Notes: generated by a model from the sequence alone, not told the origin. Positions 18,654 through 29,323 are shown, counted from the stretch's first letter. The stretch is 48,550 nt of DNA from an uncultured Sphaerotilus sp. (GCA_964422355.1 CAYRBG010000001.1:1-48550), one strand, 5' to 3'. Program-made: numbers and translations.

Positions 18654-19886
18654 ATGAACAAACCCAAACTCGTGATGATCGGCAACGGCATGGCCGGCGT
18701 TCGGACGCTGGAAGAGCTGTTCAAGCTGGCCCCTGACCGGTACGACATCACCGTCTTCGGTGCCGAGCCGCACCCCAACTACAACCGCATCATGCTCTCC
18801 CCCGTGCTGGCCGGAGAGCAGACGCTGGACGAGATCATCCTCAACCCGCTGCCGTGGTACGACGCCCACGGCATCACGCTGCATCTCGGCAAGAAGGTGG
18901 TCGACGTGGACCGCGAGCACCGCATCGTCACCGCCGCCGACGGCACCACCGCCGCCTACGACGTCCTGCTGATCGCCACCGGCTCGGTGCCGTTCATCCT
19001 GCCGGTGCCGGGCAAGGATCTGGACGGCGTCATCAGCTACCGCGACATCGCCGACACCAACACCATGATCGAGACGGCGCGCACGCACCGCCATGCCGTG
19101 GTCATCGGCGGCGGCCTGCTGGGCCTGGAAGCGGCCAACGGCCTGAGGCTGCGCGGCATGGAGGTCACGGTCGTGCACCTGATGCCCTGGCTGATGGAGC
19201 GCCAACTTGACCCCACCTCCGGCCAGCTGCTGCGTCAGGCCCTGGAAGAACGCGGCCTGAAGTTCCGCCTCGGCGCGCAGACCCAGGAACTGCTCGGTGA
19301 CGCCCAAGGTCGGGTGCGCGCCGTGCGCTTTGCCGACGGCAGCGCAGAAGCTGCCGACCTTGTCGTGATGGCCGCCGGCGTGCGCCCCAATGACGAGCTG
19401 GGCCGCAAGATGGGTCTGGAGGCAAGCCGCGGCATCGTCGTCTCCGACACGCTGCAGACCAGCGACCCTCACATCCGTGCCGTGGGTGAATGCGTCAACC
19501 ACCGCGGCGTGTGCTACGGCCTGGTGGCGCCGTTGTTCGAGCAGGCGCAGGTGCTGGCCGCCCATCTGGCGGATCCCGCCTCGACGGCCGCCTACACCGG
19601 CAGCCAGACCTCGACCAAGCTGAAGGTCACGGGCATCAACCTGTTCTCGGCCGGCGACTTCATGGGCGGTGAAGGGTGCCAGGACCTCCTCCTGACCGAC
19701 CCGGCCGAGGGCGTCTACAAGAAGCTCGTGATGCGCGACGACCAGCTCGTGGGCGCCTGCCTGTACGGCGACACCGAGGACGGTGCCTGGTACTTCCGTC
19801 TGATCCGCGAAAACACCCCGGTGGGCGCCCTGCGCGACCACCTGATGTTCGGCGAGAGCCACGCCCGCGCTGGAGCCCTGCAATGA
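18654..19886 (+). CDS. NAD(P)/FAD-dependent oxidoreductase, NirB N-terminal-like (nitrate reductase electron-transfer subunit type)
   Basis: IGNGMAG, PNYNRIMLS, IGGGLLGLEAA, STKLKVTG; ~410 aa, no siroheme domain; ATGA-coupled to nasA. Confidence 0.85.
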   Translation: MNKPKLVMIGNGMAGVRTLEELFKLAPDRYDITVFGAEPHPNYNRIMLSPVLAGEQTLDEIILNPLPWYDAHGITLHLGKKVVDVDREHRIVTAADGTTAAYDVLLIATGSVPFILPVPGKDLDGVISYRDIADTNTMIETARTHRHAVVIGGGLLGLEAANGLRLRGMEVTVVHLMPWLMERQLDPTSGQLLRQALEERGLKFRLGAQTQELLGDAQGRVRAVRFADGSAEAADLVVMAAGVRPNDELGRKMGLEASRGIVVSDTLQTSDPHIRAVGECVNHRGVCYGLVAPLFEQAQVLAAHLADPASTAAYTGSQTSTKLKVTGINLFSAGDFMGGEGCQDLLLTDPAEGVYKKLVMRDDQLVGACLYGDTEDGAWYFRLIRENTPVGALRDHLMFGESHARAGALQ

Positions 19887-22750
19887 CCGAAACCCGTTCC
19901 ACCTGCCCCTACTGCGGCGTCGGCTGCGGCGTCGTCATCGAAAGCGAAGGCGCTCAAATCGTTGGCGTGCGCGGCGACAAGGACCACCCGGCCAACTTCG
20001 GCAAGCTGTGCACCAAGGGCTCGACCCTGCACCTGACCGCCTCGGACGCCGTCGCCCGCGCCACCCGCCTGCTGCAGCCCCAGCTTCGCGCCGAGCGGGG
20101 CCAGGCCCCCCAGGTGATTTCGTGGGACGCCGCCTACGACTTGGCCGCCGACCGCTTTGCCGAGATCATCCGCACCCATGGCCCGGACGCCGTGGCCTTC
20201 TACCTGAGCGGCCAACTGCTGACCGAGGACTACTACGTCTTCAACAAGCTGGGCAAGGGCCTGATCGGCACCAACAACGTCGACACCAACTCGCGCCTGT
20301 GCATGTCCAGCGCGGTGGCCGGCTACAAGCGCACGCTGGGCGCCGACGCGCCGCCGTGCAGCTACGAGGACTTTGCCTTCGCCCACACGGTGTTCATCAG
20401 TGGCAGCAACACCGCCTGGGCCCACCCCATCCTGTTCCGCCGCCTGGAGGAAGCGCGCCGCGCCAAGCCGAATCAGCGCTGGATCGTGGTCGATCCCCGC
20501 CGCACCGAGACCGCCGACTCGGCCGACCTGTTCCTGCAGATCCAGCCCGGCACCGACGTGGCGCTGTACCACGGCATGCTGCACGTGCTGCTGGCCGAAG
20601 GCCTGACGGATGCGGCCTACATCGCCGCCCACACCGAAGGCTTTGAGGCCCTGCGCGAGGCCGTCCAGGCCTGGACCCCGGCGCGCGCCGCCGCCGTCTG
20701 CGGCATTGCCGAAGCCGACCTGATTCAGGCGGCCCGCTGGTTCGGTCAGTCCGACCGCCGTGGCCTTGCCGCACCGGCCGGCACGATGTCGCTCTACTGC
20801 CAAGGCCTGAACCAGAGCTCGGCCGGCACCGACAAGAACGCCGCGCTGATCAACCTGCATCTGGCCACCGGCCAGATCGGCCGCGCCGGCGCCGGCCCGT
20901 TCTCGCTGACCGGCCAGCCCAACGCCATGGGCGGCCGCGAAGTGGGCGGCTTGGCCAACCTGCTGAGCGCCCACCGCGACCTCGCCAACGCCGAGCACCG
21001 CGCCGAAGTGGCCCGCCTGTGGGGCATCCAGGACGTGCCGGCCGCCCCCGGCAAGGGCGCCGTGCAGATGTTCGAGGCCGCCGCCGACGGCGAGATCAAG
21101 GCCCTGTGGATCGCCTGCACCAACCCACTGCAGTCGCTGCCCAACGCCGCGACCGTGCAGCGTGCGCTGGAGCGTGCCGAGTTCGTCGTCGTGCAGGAAG
21201 CCTTTGCCACCACCGCCACCTGTGCCTACGCCGACCTGCTGCTGCCGGCCACCACCTGGGGCGAAAAGGACGGCACCGTCACCAACTCCGAACGCCGCAT
21301 CAGCCGCGTGCGCCCGGCCGTGCCGGCCCCGGGTCAGGCCCGTCACGACTGGCTCATCGGCGTGGAGTTCGCCCAGGCGCTGGAACAGCGTCTGCCCGAG
21401 CGCCTGCACGGCCAGACCACCCTCTTTCCTTACCCCACGCCGGAATCGGTGTGGAACGAGCACCGCGAAAGCACCCGCGGCCGCGACCTGGACATCACCG
21501 GCCTGAGCTTCGCCATGCTGGAGTCGCAAGGCCCACAGCAATGGCCGTTGCCGGAGGGCGCCACCGAGGGCAAGGCACGCCTGTACGAAGACGGCGTGTT
21601 CCCGACCGCCAATGGCCGCGCCAAGTTCTCCGCCGCCGACTTCCGCCCCGTGGCCGAGCCCCGCGACGACCGGTACCCCTACTCGCTGATCACCGGGCGC
21701 CTGCGCGACCAGTGGCACGGCATGAGCCGCACCGGCACGCTGGGCCGCCTGTTCGGCCACGTCGCCGAACCGGTGGTTGAGGTGCACCCCAACGATCTGG
21801 TCCAACTGGGTCTGAAGGACGGCGATCTGGCGCAGATCGCCTCGCGCCGCGGCACGCTGGTGCTGCCGGTGTCGGCCAACGACACGGTGGCGCCGTCACA
21901 GGTCTATGTGCCGATGCACTGGGGTCCCGAAGTGCTGGGCGGCCGCGACACCCGAGGCCAACTGCGCTTGGGCGTCAACGGCCTGACCCTGCCCGAGACT
22001 TGCCCGACCTCGCGCCAGCCCGAACTCAAGCACAGCGCCGTGCGCATCGAAGCGGCCCACCTCCCCTGGCGCATGCTGGGTCTGGCCTGGCTGCCACAGG
22101 AACAGGCCCTGCAGGCCCGCGAGGCCCTCAAGCCCCTGATGGGTGAATTTGGCTACGCGGTGGTCCTGCCCTTCGGCCGCGAACCTCATGCCGAGGGCCT
22201 GGTCGGCGTGCTGTGGCGTGCCGCCGCCGAGCAGCCCGCCGCGCCGGAGCACATCCGCCGTGTGGCCGAGATTCTGGGCATGGACAGCCGCAACGCCATG
22301 CACTACGAAGACCTCGCCCGCGGTCAGCACCGCTGGGTGCGCATGGAGACCGACACGGCCACCGACGGCACGAGCTTCAAGATCCTGCGCGGCGTCATGC
22401 TGGCCGGCGACACCCGCGCCGAAGCCTGGATCCGCACCCTGCTGCAGGACGAACAGCCGGCACAACGCTTCGGCCGGCTGCTGCTGTCAGGCAGCGCCGA
22501 AGCCCCGGTCCCGATCGTTGCCCGCGGCAAGCAGATCTGCACCTGCTTCAACGTCAACGAGCCCGAAATCATCGCCGTGCTGCACCGCACCTGCGGGTCG
22601 CCCGACGAGCGCCTGGCCGGCCTGCAGGGCGAGTTGCGCTGCGGCACCAACTGCGGCTCGTGCCTGCCGGCCCTGCGCACGCTGGTTCAGCGCCATGCGT
22701 TCACCTCGAAGGCCCCCGCACCCACCGCGTCCGAAACGCAGGAGGCCTGA
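19883..22750 (+). CDS. nasA: Assimilatory nitrate reductase catalytic subunit (Mo-bisPGD)
   Basis: CPYCGVGCG, LCTKG, SGQLLTEDYY, TGQPNAMGGREVGG, TGRLRDQWHGMSRT; C-terminal BFD-like CTCFNV...CGTNCGSC. Confidence 0.95.
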   Translation: MTETRSTCPYCGVGCGVVIESEGAQIVGVRGDKDHPANFGKLCTKGSTLHLTASDAVARATRLLQPQLRAERGQAPQVISWDAAYDLAADRFAEIIRTHGPDAVAFYLSGQLLTEDYYVFNKLGKGLIGTNNVDTNSRLCMSSAVAGYKRTLGADAPPCSYEDFAFAHTVFISGSNTAWAHPILFRRLEEARRAKPNQRWIVVDPRRTETADSADLFLQIQPGTDVALYHGMLHVLLAEGLTDAAYIAAHTEGFEALREAVQAWTPARAAAVCGIAEADLIQAARWFGQSDRRGLAAPAGTMSLYCQGLNQSSAGTDKNAALINLHLATGQIGRAGAGPFSLTGQPNAMGGREVGGLANLLSAHRDLANAEHRAEVARLWGIQDVPAAPGKGAVQMFEAAADGEIKALWIACTNPLQSLPNAATVQRALERAEFVVVQEAFATTATCAYADLLLPATTWGEKDGTVTNSERRISRVRPAVPAPGQARHDWLIGVEFAQALEQRLPERLHGQTTLFPYPTPESVWNEHRESTRGRDLDITGLSFAMLESQGPQQWPLPEGATEGKARLYEDGVFPTANGRAKFSAADFRPVAEPRDDRYPYSLITGRLRDQWHGMSRTGTLGRLFGHVAEPVVEVHPNDLVQLGLKDGDLAQIASRRGTLVLPVSANDTVAPSQVYVPMHWGPEVLGGRDTRGQLRLGVNGLTLPETCPTSRQPELKHSAVRIEAAHLPWRMLGLAWLPQEQALQAREALKPLMGEFGYAVVLPFGREPHAEGLVGVLWRAAAEQPAAPEHIRRVAEILGMDSRNAMHYEDLARGQHRWVRMETDTATDGTSFKILRGVMLAGDTRAEAWIRTLLQDEQPAQRFGRLLLSGSAEAPVPIVARGKQICTCFNVNEPEIIAVLHRTCGSPDERLAGLQGELRCGTNCGSCLPALRTLVQRHAFTSKAPAPTASETQEA

Positions 22751-22912
22751 CTCGCCGCATCTTCATTCATCCCCGAGTCCCTGAAGACGTCCTCGTCCGG
22801 TCGTCGCCCATCAGGCGCGGATCGACAGGCTGCGGGCATCCGTCCCCTCGGAGCACCGCACCGCCTTCGCGCCGTTCATCTTCCTTTGTCCACTTCCCAC
22901 CGAAAGCTCGCC

Positions 22913-24145
22913 ATGGCGGACTACAAGACCTTCCTCAAATCGGGGCACTGGCCCACCCTGCTGGCCTCGTTCCTCTATTTCGACTTCACCTTTGCGATCT
23001 GGGTGCTCAACGGCGCCATGGCACCGTTCATCTCGGAAACGTTCAGCCTCACGCCGGCCCAGAAGGGCTTCATGATCTCCGTGCCCATCCTGGCCGGGGC
23101 ACTGATGCGCTTCCCGCTGGGCATCCTGGCGCAGTACATCGGCCGCAAGAGCGCGGCTCTCACCGAGATGGGCCTGATCGTGCTGGCCCTGGTCTACGGC
23201 TACATGTTCGTCGACACCCACAGCGAGGTCATCGCCATGGGCGTGCTGCTGGGCATCGCCGGCGGCAGCTTCGGCATCGCGCTGTCGCTGGGCTCGGGAT
23301 GGTTCCCGCCCAAGTACAAGGGCCTGGCCATGGGCATTGCGGGTGCCGGCAACTCCGGCACCGTGCTGGCCGTGCTGTTCGCGCCGCCGCTGGCGATGAA
23401 GTTCGGCTGGCAGGCCGTCTACGGCATCGCGGCCGCCACCATGGTGATCCCGATGATCGTCATGGCCGTGATCGCCAAGGAGCCGCCCGACACCGAGCAC
23501 CAGTCCTTCCGCGAGCACATCTCCTGCCTGTTCGAGAAGGACGGCTGGGCCTTCAGCCTCATCTACATCATCACCTTCGGCGGCTTCATCGGCCTGGCCA
23601 ACTTCCTGCCGACCTACTTTCACGACCAGTTCGGCGTCACCAAGGTGCAGGCCGGTCAGCTCACCATGCTGGCCACGCTGATGGGCTCGGCCACCCGCGT
23701 GCTGGGCGGCTACATCTCCGACCGCTGGGGCGGCGTCAACGCGCTGACCGCCGTGCTGGTCATGGTGATCATCACCCTGGTGATCTGCGGCACGATGGGC
23801 CAGAACCTGGCGCTGACCACGGTGCTGTTCATGTTCTGCTTCGCCTCGCTGGGCGCGGGCAACGGCGCGCTGTTCCAGCTGGTACCGCTGCGCTGGCCGG
23901 TGACCACCGCCGTGGCCGGTTCGATGATCGGTGAGATCGGCGCCCTGGGCGGCGGCTTCATCCCCAATGCGATGGGCCTGTCCAAGCAGTACTTCGGCTC
24001 CTACTTCGGCGGTTTCGCGGCGTTCGCGGTGCTGGGCGTGGTGGTGATCGTGATGATGCGCATCATGCAGATCCGCTGGACCCGCACCTGGGCCGAAAAG
24101 GGTGGCCGCGCCCGCTCCACACCGTCGACCGTCGGCACCTACTGA
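22913..24145 (+). CDS. Nitrate/nitrite MFS transporter (NarK family)
   Basis: GHWPTL..FLYFD, GIAGAGNSG nitrate signature, Y..TFGGFIG, GAGNGALFQLVP. Confidence 0.9.
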   Translation: MADYKTFLKSGHWPTLLASFLYFDFTFAIWVLNGAMAPFISETFSLTPAQKGFMISVPILAGALMRFPLGILAQYIGRKSAALTEMGLIVLALVYGYMFVDTHSEVIAMGVLLGIAGGSFGIALSLGSGWFPPKYKGLAMGIAGAGNSGTVLAVLFAPPLAMKFGWQAVYGIAAATMVIPMIVMAVIAKEPPDTEHQSFREHISCLFEKDGWAFSLIYIITFGGFIGLANFLPTYFHDQFGVTKVQAGQLTMLATLMGSATRVLGGYISDRWGGVNALTAVLVMVIITLVICGTMGQNLALTTVLFMFCFASLGAGNGALFQLVPLRWPVTTAVAGSMIGEIGALGGGFIPNAMGLSKQYFGSYFGGFAAFAVLGVVVIVMMRIMQIRWTRTWAEKGGRARSTPSTVGTY

Positions 24146-24213
24146 TTTCTTCTCCTCGGCAACTTCATCTCCTCGGCCTTCGACGATCCACAAGATCAGA
24201 GCGGGTTCTTCGT

Positions 24214-24250
24214 GCGCCGGACCGCGTCACCCGCGGCCCGGCGCTTTTTT
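24214..24250 (+). terminator. Rho-independent terminator
   Basis: GCGCCGGACCGCG-tcacc-CGCGGCCCGGCGC then T6. Confidence 0.65.
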
Positions 24251-24252
24251 GT

Positions 24253-24744
24253 TCACTGCTGAACGGCGCGCTCGATGGTCTGCTGACGGATATTGGGTCC
24301 GTCGTTTTGCACATAGGGTGCGATCAGCGGGCTGGCGATCACCTTCTGCCCCTTTTCGGCCCTGACCCCAGGAGCATCGGCGGCGTCGGCCGTCCGTACA
24401 CCCGGCGTGGGCGGAACCACCGTGACCGTCCCCCCCTGGATGGCCAATTCCTCCGTGCCCTCGGGACATCCGCCCTCGGTGTAGATGACCCGCTTGCCTT
24501 TGCGGCATTTGTGCGGCCCCCCCACCGGCGTCGGCGCCGCCCGCCGAATGAGCTGCTGCACAGAACCTGCCTCAGGAACGCCGCCGGCCGAGGGGGCCGT
24601 TCCGGCATCGGGCCAAGCCGACGCCTGGGTCGTGAACGCAGCGGACGGTGGCTCAGGCGCATCCATCCAGACGGAGCGATAGCGCCAACCGGTGGCCGCC
24701 ACCACGAGCACCAACGCGCCTCCCAAAAAACGAGAAATGAACAT
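24253..24744 (-). CDS. Hypothetical protein with N-terminal TM and DUF4124-like motif
   Basis: GGAGG RBS; PHKCRKGKRVIYTEGGCP motif. Confidence 0.65.
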   Translation of the reverse strand: MFISRFLGGALVLVVAATGWRYRSVWMDAPEPPSAAFTTQASAWPDAGTAPSAGGVPEAGSVQQLIRRAAPTPVGGPHKCRKGKRVIYTEGGCPEGTEELAIQGGTVTVVPPTPGVRTADAADAPGVRAEKGQKVIASPLIAPYVQNDGPNIRQQTIERAVQQ

Positions 24745-24978
24745 GCAGTCGCCTCCCCGGCGATTCAATCTTGGAGCAGAAATCTCCCCGAGCGGGTCGA
24801 CACTCTAGTCAGCCCTGCCCGGGCGCAGAAGGATCGATGCTACGGAGTTTCGGCATCGCGGAAAGACCTCACACGAACGCCTCTCTCCAGACACAAAAGG
24901 GATACGATTGCGTACCCGGGGAGCGTTTTTTCATTTCGATCCCGCCTCCTCCCGATCCTCCTTTCACATCGGCGTCTC

Positions 24979-27354
24979 GTGTCAGTGGTTCGGTGCTTTT
25001 TTGCCTGGTGTCTGATCGGCCTGTGCACCTGGGCATCGGCCCAGCGCGTCCCGCTGACCGAAGCCGAGGCCGCCTGGGTGGCCAGCCATCCCGTGGTGGA
25101 CGTGGTCCTGATGGATCACCAGGAGCCCTACCACCAGCGCAAGGCCAACGGCCATGCCGATGGTTATGCCATCGACATGCTGCTGCTGCTGGGCGAGCGT
25201 GCGGGCCTCAAATGGCACTACCAGTGGGCACCCAGCGCGGCGGAGGCCCAGCGGCGCCTGGCCCGCGGCACCGCCCTGATGACGCCGCTGATGTCGCCCG
25301 ACTCCGCCGCGGGCCAGGCCGTGACCTTTCCCGGTGCGCTGCTGTCGATGGAACAGGTGTTGGTCAGCCGCTCCGACGTGCCCGACGTGTCCGAGGCGCA
25401 GAACTTTGCCGGGCGCCGCCTGGCCCTCGTCACCGGAGAGGATCCCAGCGAAACCTTGCGCCGGGAATTCCCCCTGGCCCATACGCGGGCCTTCGGCTCT
25501 CTGCGCGAAGCCCTGCAGGCCGTCTCGACCGGTGAGGCCGACCTTTGCGCCGCCTGGCTGCACCCGGCGCTGTACCTGATCGAGGCCCAACTGCTGGCCA
25601 ACCTGCGCGTCCACCGGGAAGAACGTGCCGACCGCAGCTTCATGGGGCCGGCAGTGTCGGCCCATGCCCCCGAGCTGCACCACATCCTGCGCAAGGCCAT
25701 CGAGTCCCTGAGCCCGGCCGAGCGCGCGGGCATTGCCAAACGCTGGCTGCCGACGGGCGCGGGCGTGCTCTGGGCTCCCGGTCAGGTCTCGCTGAGCCCC
25801 GCGGAGAGAGCATGGCTGCAGCAGCAAGGCGACGTGCGCATCGGCTTCGACCAGGACTTTTCACCGTTCACCAAGCTGGGACGGCTCGGGCGCTTCGAGG
25901 GATTGGGCGCAGACATGTTCCGGCTGGCCGCGCAGAAGGTGGGGCTGCGGGTCATCGACCAGACCGGCGGAACCTTTGCGCAGACCTACAGCCGCGCCGC
26001 CGAGGGCGAGATCGACGTGGTCATCGGCATGGCCCGCACCGAGCTGCGCCGCCAGCAGTTTGAGTTCATCGGCCCGTTCTCCGTCGCCCCCACCGTGATG
26101 GTGATGCGCAGCCAGGACCCGCGCCTCTGGCGCAGCCCGGACGACATGGACGGCGGCCCCTTGGGCCTGCTGAAGGACCACTTTCTGGCCCCGGAGCTGC
26201 GTTCTCGGCATCCCAGCCTGAAACTGGTGGAGTTCAATGCCCAGGCCGATGTGCTGGCCGCGCTGGACGCCGGCAGCGTCGCCGCCGCGCTGGGCAACTC
26301 CACCGTCATCAACCGCCTGATCGACGAACGCTACATCGGGCACCTGCGGGTCACCGGGCTGATCCCGGACGCCGACAGCGAGCTGTTCTTCGGCGTGCCC
26401 AAGAACAAGCCGGAACTGGCGCGGCTGCTGGCCAAAGGCTTTGCTGCCGTCACGCCGGGCGAAGCCACCGAGATTCAGCGCCGGTGGCTGCTGATCACCG
26501 TGCAGCCGGGCCTGACCTGGCAAGAGGTGTCCCGGTGGGCCCTGCCGCTGGGTCTGGCCACACTGATCGTCATCGGCGTGCTCTGGCGCAGCAACCGAGG
26601 GCTGACCGAGGCCCACCGCGCGGAAGCCCAGGCGCGGCAGACGGCCGAAGCCGCCACGCAGGCGCGCGGACGCTTCCTCGCTTTCCTGTCGCACGAGATC
26701 CGCGGCACGCTGATGGGCATCCGTTCGGGCGTGACGCTGCTGCGCGGGCGCACCGACCCGGCCCAGCAGGCGCCCCTGCTGGACGCCATCGCCCCCTCCG
26801 CCGACAGCCTGGGTGAACTGCTTGAAACCACGCTGCAGCGAGAGCGCTCCATCTCCAAACCGCTGCCGCTGCAGGCCCAGACGGTGGACCTCGCCGCTTG
26901 GTGGCGGGGCGTGGTCGAACCCTGGGCGCTCACCGCCCAGGCCAAGGGCGTGCGATGGAGTTGCGATGCGCTCTCCGAGACGGGTCCCTGGTGTTTTGAC
27001 GGCATCCGGCTCGGTCAGGTGATCGGCAACCTGCTGGACAACGCCGTCAAATTCACCCCCCAAGACGGCTCCGTCGTCGTGCGTGCCGCCTGGGACGCAA
27101 CCGCCGGGCGCCTCACGGTCAAGGTGCTCGACACCGGCCCTGGCCTGGGAGCCGGCTCGTCCGAAGGCCTGTTTGCCCCGTATTTCCAGGGTGAGGCCGG
27201 CCGCCAGGCCCACACGGGAGCGGGCCTGGGACTGGCCGTGTGCAAGCAGATCGTCGACGCCATGGACGGCACGCTGACGGGCGAGGATCGTCCCGGGGGG
27301 GGCGCCATCTTCACCGTGGACGTGCCCCTGCGGCTACCGCCGCAGGCGGTCTGA
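24979..27354 (+). CDS. Sensor histidine kinase with two periplasmic solute-binding domains (BvgS/EvgS-like, no receiver)
   Basis: LTEAEAAW and LSPAERAWL PBPb starts; TM; SHEIR H-box; NLLDNAVKFT, DTGPG, GAGLGLA; start uncertain. Confidence 0.85.
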   Translation: MSVVRCFFAWCLIGLCTWASAQRVPLTEAEAAWVASHPVVDVVLMDHQEPYHQRKANGHADGYAIDMLLLLGERAGLKWHYQWAPSAAEAQRRLARGTALMTPLMSPDSAAGQAVTFPGALLSMEQVLVSRSDVPDVSEAQNFAGRRLALVTGEDPSETLRREFPLAHTRAFGSLREALQAVSTGEADLCAAWLHPALYLIEAQLLANLRVHREERADRSFMGPAVSAHAPELHHILRKAIESLSPAERAGIAKRWLPTGAGVLWAPGQVSLSPAERAWLQQQGDVRIGFDQDFSPFTKLGRLGRFEGLGADMFRLAAQKVGLRVIDQTGGTFAQTYSRAAEGEIDVVIGMARTELRRQQFEFIGPFSVAPTVMVMRSQDPRLWRSPDDMDGGPLGLLKDHFLAPELRSRHPSLKLVEFNAQADVLAALDAGSVAAALGNSTVINRLIDERYIGHLRVTGLIPDADSELFFGVPKNKPELARLLAKGFAAVTPGEATEIQRRWLLITVQPGLTWQEVSRWALPLGLATLIVIGVLWRSNRGLTEAHRAEAQARQTAEAATQARGRFLAFLSHEIRGTLMGIRSGVTLLRGRTDPAQQAPLLDAIAPSADSLGELLETTLQRERSISKPLPLQAQTVDLAAWWRGVVEPWALTAQAKGVRWSCDALSETGPWCFDGIRLGQVIGNLLDNAVKFTPQDGSVVVRAAWDATAGRLTVKVLDTGPGLGAGSSEGLFAPYFQGEAGRQAHTGAGLGLAVCKQIVDAMDGTLTGEDRPGGGAIFTVDVPLRLPPQAV

Positions 27355-27415
27355 CGACCGCCGAAGCCGTTCCCCCTCTCAGCCGATCGTGGCGGGCAAG
27401 CGCGCCCATGCATGC

Positions 27416-29182
27416 TCACTTGGGCAGCAGCGCCAGCAAGGCGATCAAGCCCAGATTCAAGGCCATCGACGCCAGGAAGGCCAACTTCCAAAGCATGGCC
27501 GGGTCGCGCATCGCCAGCGGGGTGGCCGGTGGTGGCGCCACCGGGCGGGACGCACCGCGCTCCAGCGCCAGCAACAACTCTTCCGCCGTCTCGAAACGCT
27601 GTCGAGGATCGCGCGCCACGGCCTTGAGCAGCAAGGCGTCCAGCCAGATCGGCACGTCCGGTCGCAGGCGCGACGGCGGCGCCGGGTCGCGCTTGTAACG
27701 CCCGGTCTGATAGGGCTCGATCTCGCCATAGGGCAGGCGGCCGGTCACCCATTCGTAGAGCGTGACCCCCAGGGCAAACAGGTCACTGTGGGCATCGGGA
27801 GGTTGAGGCGGATCGTCCCACTGCTCAGGGTTCATGTAACTGGGTGTGCCGGCGTGCAGCGTGCACTGGCTGCGCGGCTCGCGGCCCGAGACGGCCACGC
27901 CCAGGTCCAGCACCCGCCACTGGCCGTCTTCACCCAGGTGCAGGTTGCCGGGCTTGATGTCGCGGTGCACGACACCCGAGCGGTGCAGACGCCCCAGGGC
28001 TTTGGCCATGGCGGTGGCCCCCTGCAGCACATCGGCCAAGGGTGCGCGTTCCTTGCCGTCGTACCGGGCCATGATCTGCTCGAGCGTGCGGCCGTTGTGC
28101 CAGTCGAACACGGTGTAGAACGCGCTGGGCTGACGCGCATCGCGCACCCGCACGAACCCGGCCGATTCGGTGGCGGACAGCCGTTCGGTCAGACGTGAAC
28201 CCAGCCAGGACTCGTGGGCCAACATGGCACGCTCGTCCTGGTCGCTGGCACGGCTCTCGTGCAGCGTCTTGATGGCCACCAGCGAGCCGTCGCGCTCATC
28301 GCGGGCCTGGTACAGGCGGTGCACGCCCGTGTCGGCAACATTGGCCGTGACGGTGTAGTGATCAAGCCTGCTGCCCACCTGCAGACGCGGCGGCACAGGC
28401 AGCGCACGCCCGGCCAACAGCACGTCGTCGTATCGCCCGGAGGCCAGACCGCGGATCTGCAACACCACGGCCGTGCAGTTGTCCCGGCTGCCGGCCTCCA
28501 GCGCGGCTTCGACCAGCGCATCGGCCCGCGTCTGCGACGTGCCTTCCTGCGTCAGCAGCGCCGTCATGCGCTTGCGGTTGAGCGAGTTGTGCACGCCGTC
28601 GCAGGTCAGGACCAGCACGTCTCCCACACACAGCGTGCCTTGGTAGAAATCCAGCCGGATCGGATCATCCAGCCCCACGGCCCGGGTCAGGCCGCTGCGG
28701 AAATCGCCCTGGTCCAGCGCATGGTCCTGCGTCAACAGCGACAACTCGCCTTCGCGCAGCAGCCAGGCCCGGGTGTCTCCCACATGGGCCACGGTGTAGC
28801 TGTGGCCGCGCAGCACCACGGCGGTCAGGGTCGTCAGGGCGCTCTCGGGCTCGCGCACCCGCTGCCCGTCCGGCCCCCGGGAGATGGACTCCTGCAGGCG
28901 GTTGTGCGCCAGCAGCCAGGTGTTCTGCGACGCGATCAGCCGCTGCAGCGCCACCGTCGTGTCCCAGGTGGGCGACACGCTGAAATAGTCCCGCACGACG
29001 GTGCGCACCGTGCTCTGCGAGGCCAGCCGCCCCCCGCCGCCGGTCGACACGCCGTCGCCGATGGCGGCGATCCACCCCATCGCCTGATCGGACGGCTGAG
29101 GCTGATTGACGGCAGCAAAGTCCTCGTTGCGTTCCCGCTTGCCGCACTCGCTGCGCAGGCCGATGTCGATGTCGAAGCTCAT
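27416..29182 (-). CDS. Bifunctional PP2C phosphatase / Ser-Thr protein kinase
   Basis: NED, DGVS, HVGDTR, TCDGV, DNCT (PP2C); AIK, HRDIKPGN, LDLG, GTPSYMNPE (Hanks kinase); C-terminal TM. Confidence 0.9.
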   Translation of the reverse strand: MSFDIDIGLRSECGKRERNEDFAAVNQPQPSDQAMGWIAAIGDGVSTGGGGRLASQSTVRTVVRDYFSVSPTWDTTVALQRLIASQNTWLLAHNRLQESISRGPDGQRVREPESALTTLTAVVLRGHSYTVAHVGDTRAWLLREGELSLLTQDHALDQGDFRSGLTRAVGLDDPIRLDFYQGTLCVGDVLVLTCDGVHNSLNRKRMTALLTQEGTSQTRADALVEAALEAGSRDNCTAVVLQIRGLASGRYDDVLLAGRALPVPPRLQVGSRLDHYTVTANVADTGVHRLYQARDERDGSLVAIKTLHESRASDQDERAMLAHESWLGSRLTERLSATESAGFVRVRDARQPSAFYTVFDWHNGRTLEQIMARYDGKERAPLADVLQGATAMAKALGRLHRSGVVHRDIKPGNLHLGEDGQWRVLDLGVAVSGREPRSQCTLHAGTPSYMNPEQWDDPPQPPDAHSDLFALGVTLYEWVTGRLPYGEIEPYQTGRYKRDPAPPSRLRPDVPIWLDALLLKAVARDPRQRFETAEELLLALERGASRPVAPPPATPLAMRDPAMLWKLAFLASMALNLGLIALLALLPK

Positions 29183-29323
29183 GCCCGGCGATTGTCCGAG
29201 AGGACCTCTCGGAAAACCAGAAATCTTCCTGCCCATCGTCGCGGATCCGCACGCCCCGCCCGGCAAAGATGGCCGCCTCACACTACCATCGCGGCCGTCA
29301 CCTGCAGCAGTGAGGACCGGTTC

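Noticed and set aside
18444-21805. Long minus-strand ORFs opposite the nitrate genes
   Set aside because: Shadow frames of well-supported plus-strand genes
22751-22912. ANTAR dual-hairpin leader before the nitrate transporter
   Set aside because: No paired hexaloop hairpins or terminator recognisable by eye
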